Below are positions 63,190 to 64,000 of a stretch of DNA of 64,000 nt, in pieces (position 1 is the first letter of the stretch; every line of letters begins with the position of its first letter). The translations under genes were made by a program, and so were the position numbers. Below the pieces are notes generated by a model. It searched no databases, was not told where the DNA came from, and worked only from the letters and a program-made list of their open reading frames with translations. Origin of the DNA: Chiloscyllium plagiosum (Eukaryota); NCBI RefSeq assembly GCF_004010195.1, contig NC_057759.1:3126834-3190833 (forward strand). Direction: 5' to 3'.

Positions 63190-63935
63190 AAGACCGTAAG
63201 ACCATAGATCCATTAGACGTAGGAATAGAAATTAGATCTTTCAGCCCATCGAGTCTGCTCTGCCATTCTATTACGGCTGAAAATTTCTCAATTCTGTTCG
63301 CCTGCTTTCTCCCCAAGCCCTTGATTTCTTTGACAATCAATAACTTATCTGTTACAGTCTTGTTTATATTCCATAGATTCGTTACTCTCTGGCTGAAGAT
63401 GTTTCTCCTAAACCGTCTTCCTTTTACTCGAAGGCTGTGCCCTCGGGTCCTAGTCTTTAATATCAATGGAACTATCTTCTCAACATTCACTCTATCCAGG
63501 CCTTTCAGTATTCTGGAAGTTTCAATTGGACCACGCCTCCCACCTGAACCTTCTAAACTCCATCCAGTATTGACCCAGAGTCCTAAACTTTCTTCATATG
63601 TTCAGTTTTTCATTCTTAGGACCATCATCGTGAACTTCCTCTGAACATGCTTCAGGGCTAGGACATTCTTCCTGTTATATGGGGTACAAAACTGCACACA
63701 ATACTCCCAATGTGGTCTGACCATAGCCTTTTTGAGGCTCAAAAGTAAATCACTGCTTTTATATTTAAGTCTGTTCAAAATAAATGACGGTATTGCATTT
63801 GCCTCCCGAACTACTGACACAACTTGGAAGTTGACCTTGAGAGAATCCTACACTAGAACTCCCAAGTCTCTTTGCACTTCAGATTTCGGAATTCTCTCCT
63901 CGTTTAGAAAATAGTCAATGCATCTATTCTTCTTA
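63190..63935 (-). mobile_element. CR1 LINE 3' portion
   Basis: KAMVRPHWEYCVQF..VQRKFT; TRTRGHSLRVKGRRF..FSQRVTNLWN. Confidence 0.88.
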
Positions 63936-64000
63936 CACCTAAGGATAAAGACAAACTTGTCCAATAAATGCAGTGAGAAAGAAACTGCTCTCAACTCATT

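Overview
Repeat-dominated vertebrate genomic DNA, most consistent with a cartilaginous fish (shark). That assignment is inferred from the repeat content (HE1/V-type SINEs, shark-type CR1 LINEs, Penelope-like elements) and is not proven. I can support no intact protein-coding gene. Most of the window is nested, decayed CR1 LINEs, a second CR1/L2-group LINE with a tRNA-derived head plus its partner SINE, Penelope-like elements with minimal hammerhead ribozyme motifs, and Gmr1-type Ty3/Gypsy fragments (integrase upstream of RT). Two unrelated endogenous retrovirus remnants lie on the minus strand. (1) 881-3392: 5' LTR with U3 repeats, tRNA-His-like PBS, splice donor and a gamma/epsilon-type gag split by a Penelope insertion. 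(2) ~55330-58100: a spuma/lokiretrovirus-like pol (RT, tether, RNase H start) joined by deletion to an env-like fragment with no visible gamma-type motif. An old inverted segmental duplication (~32.5-37.5 kb vs ~45.6-49.0 kb) surrounds a younger ~500-bp inverted repeat (39.5-41.1 kb), and a possible perforin-type C2 pseudo-exon lies near 15.7-16.1 kb. There is one 527-N assembly gap. All translations and alignments were done by eye; boundaries are approximate unless a TSD or motif is quoted.
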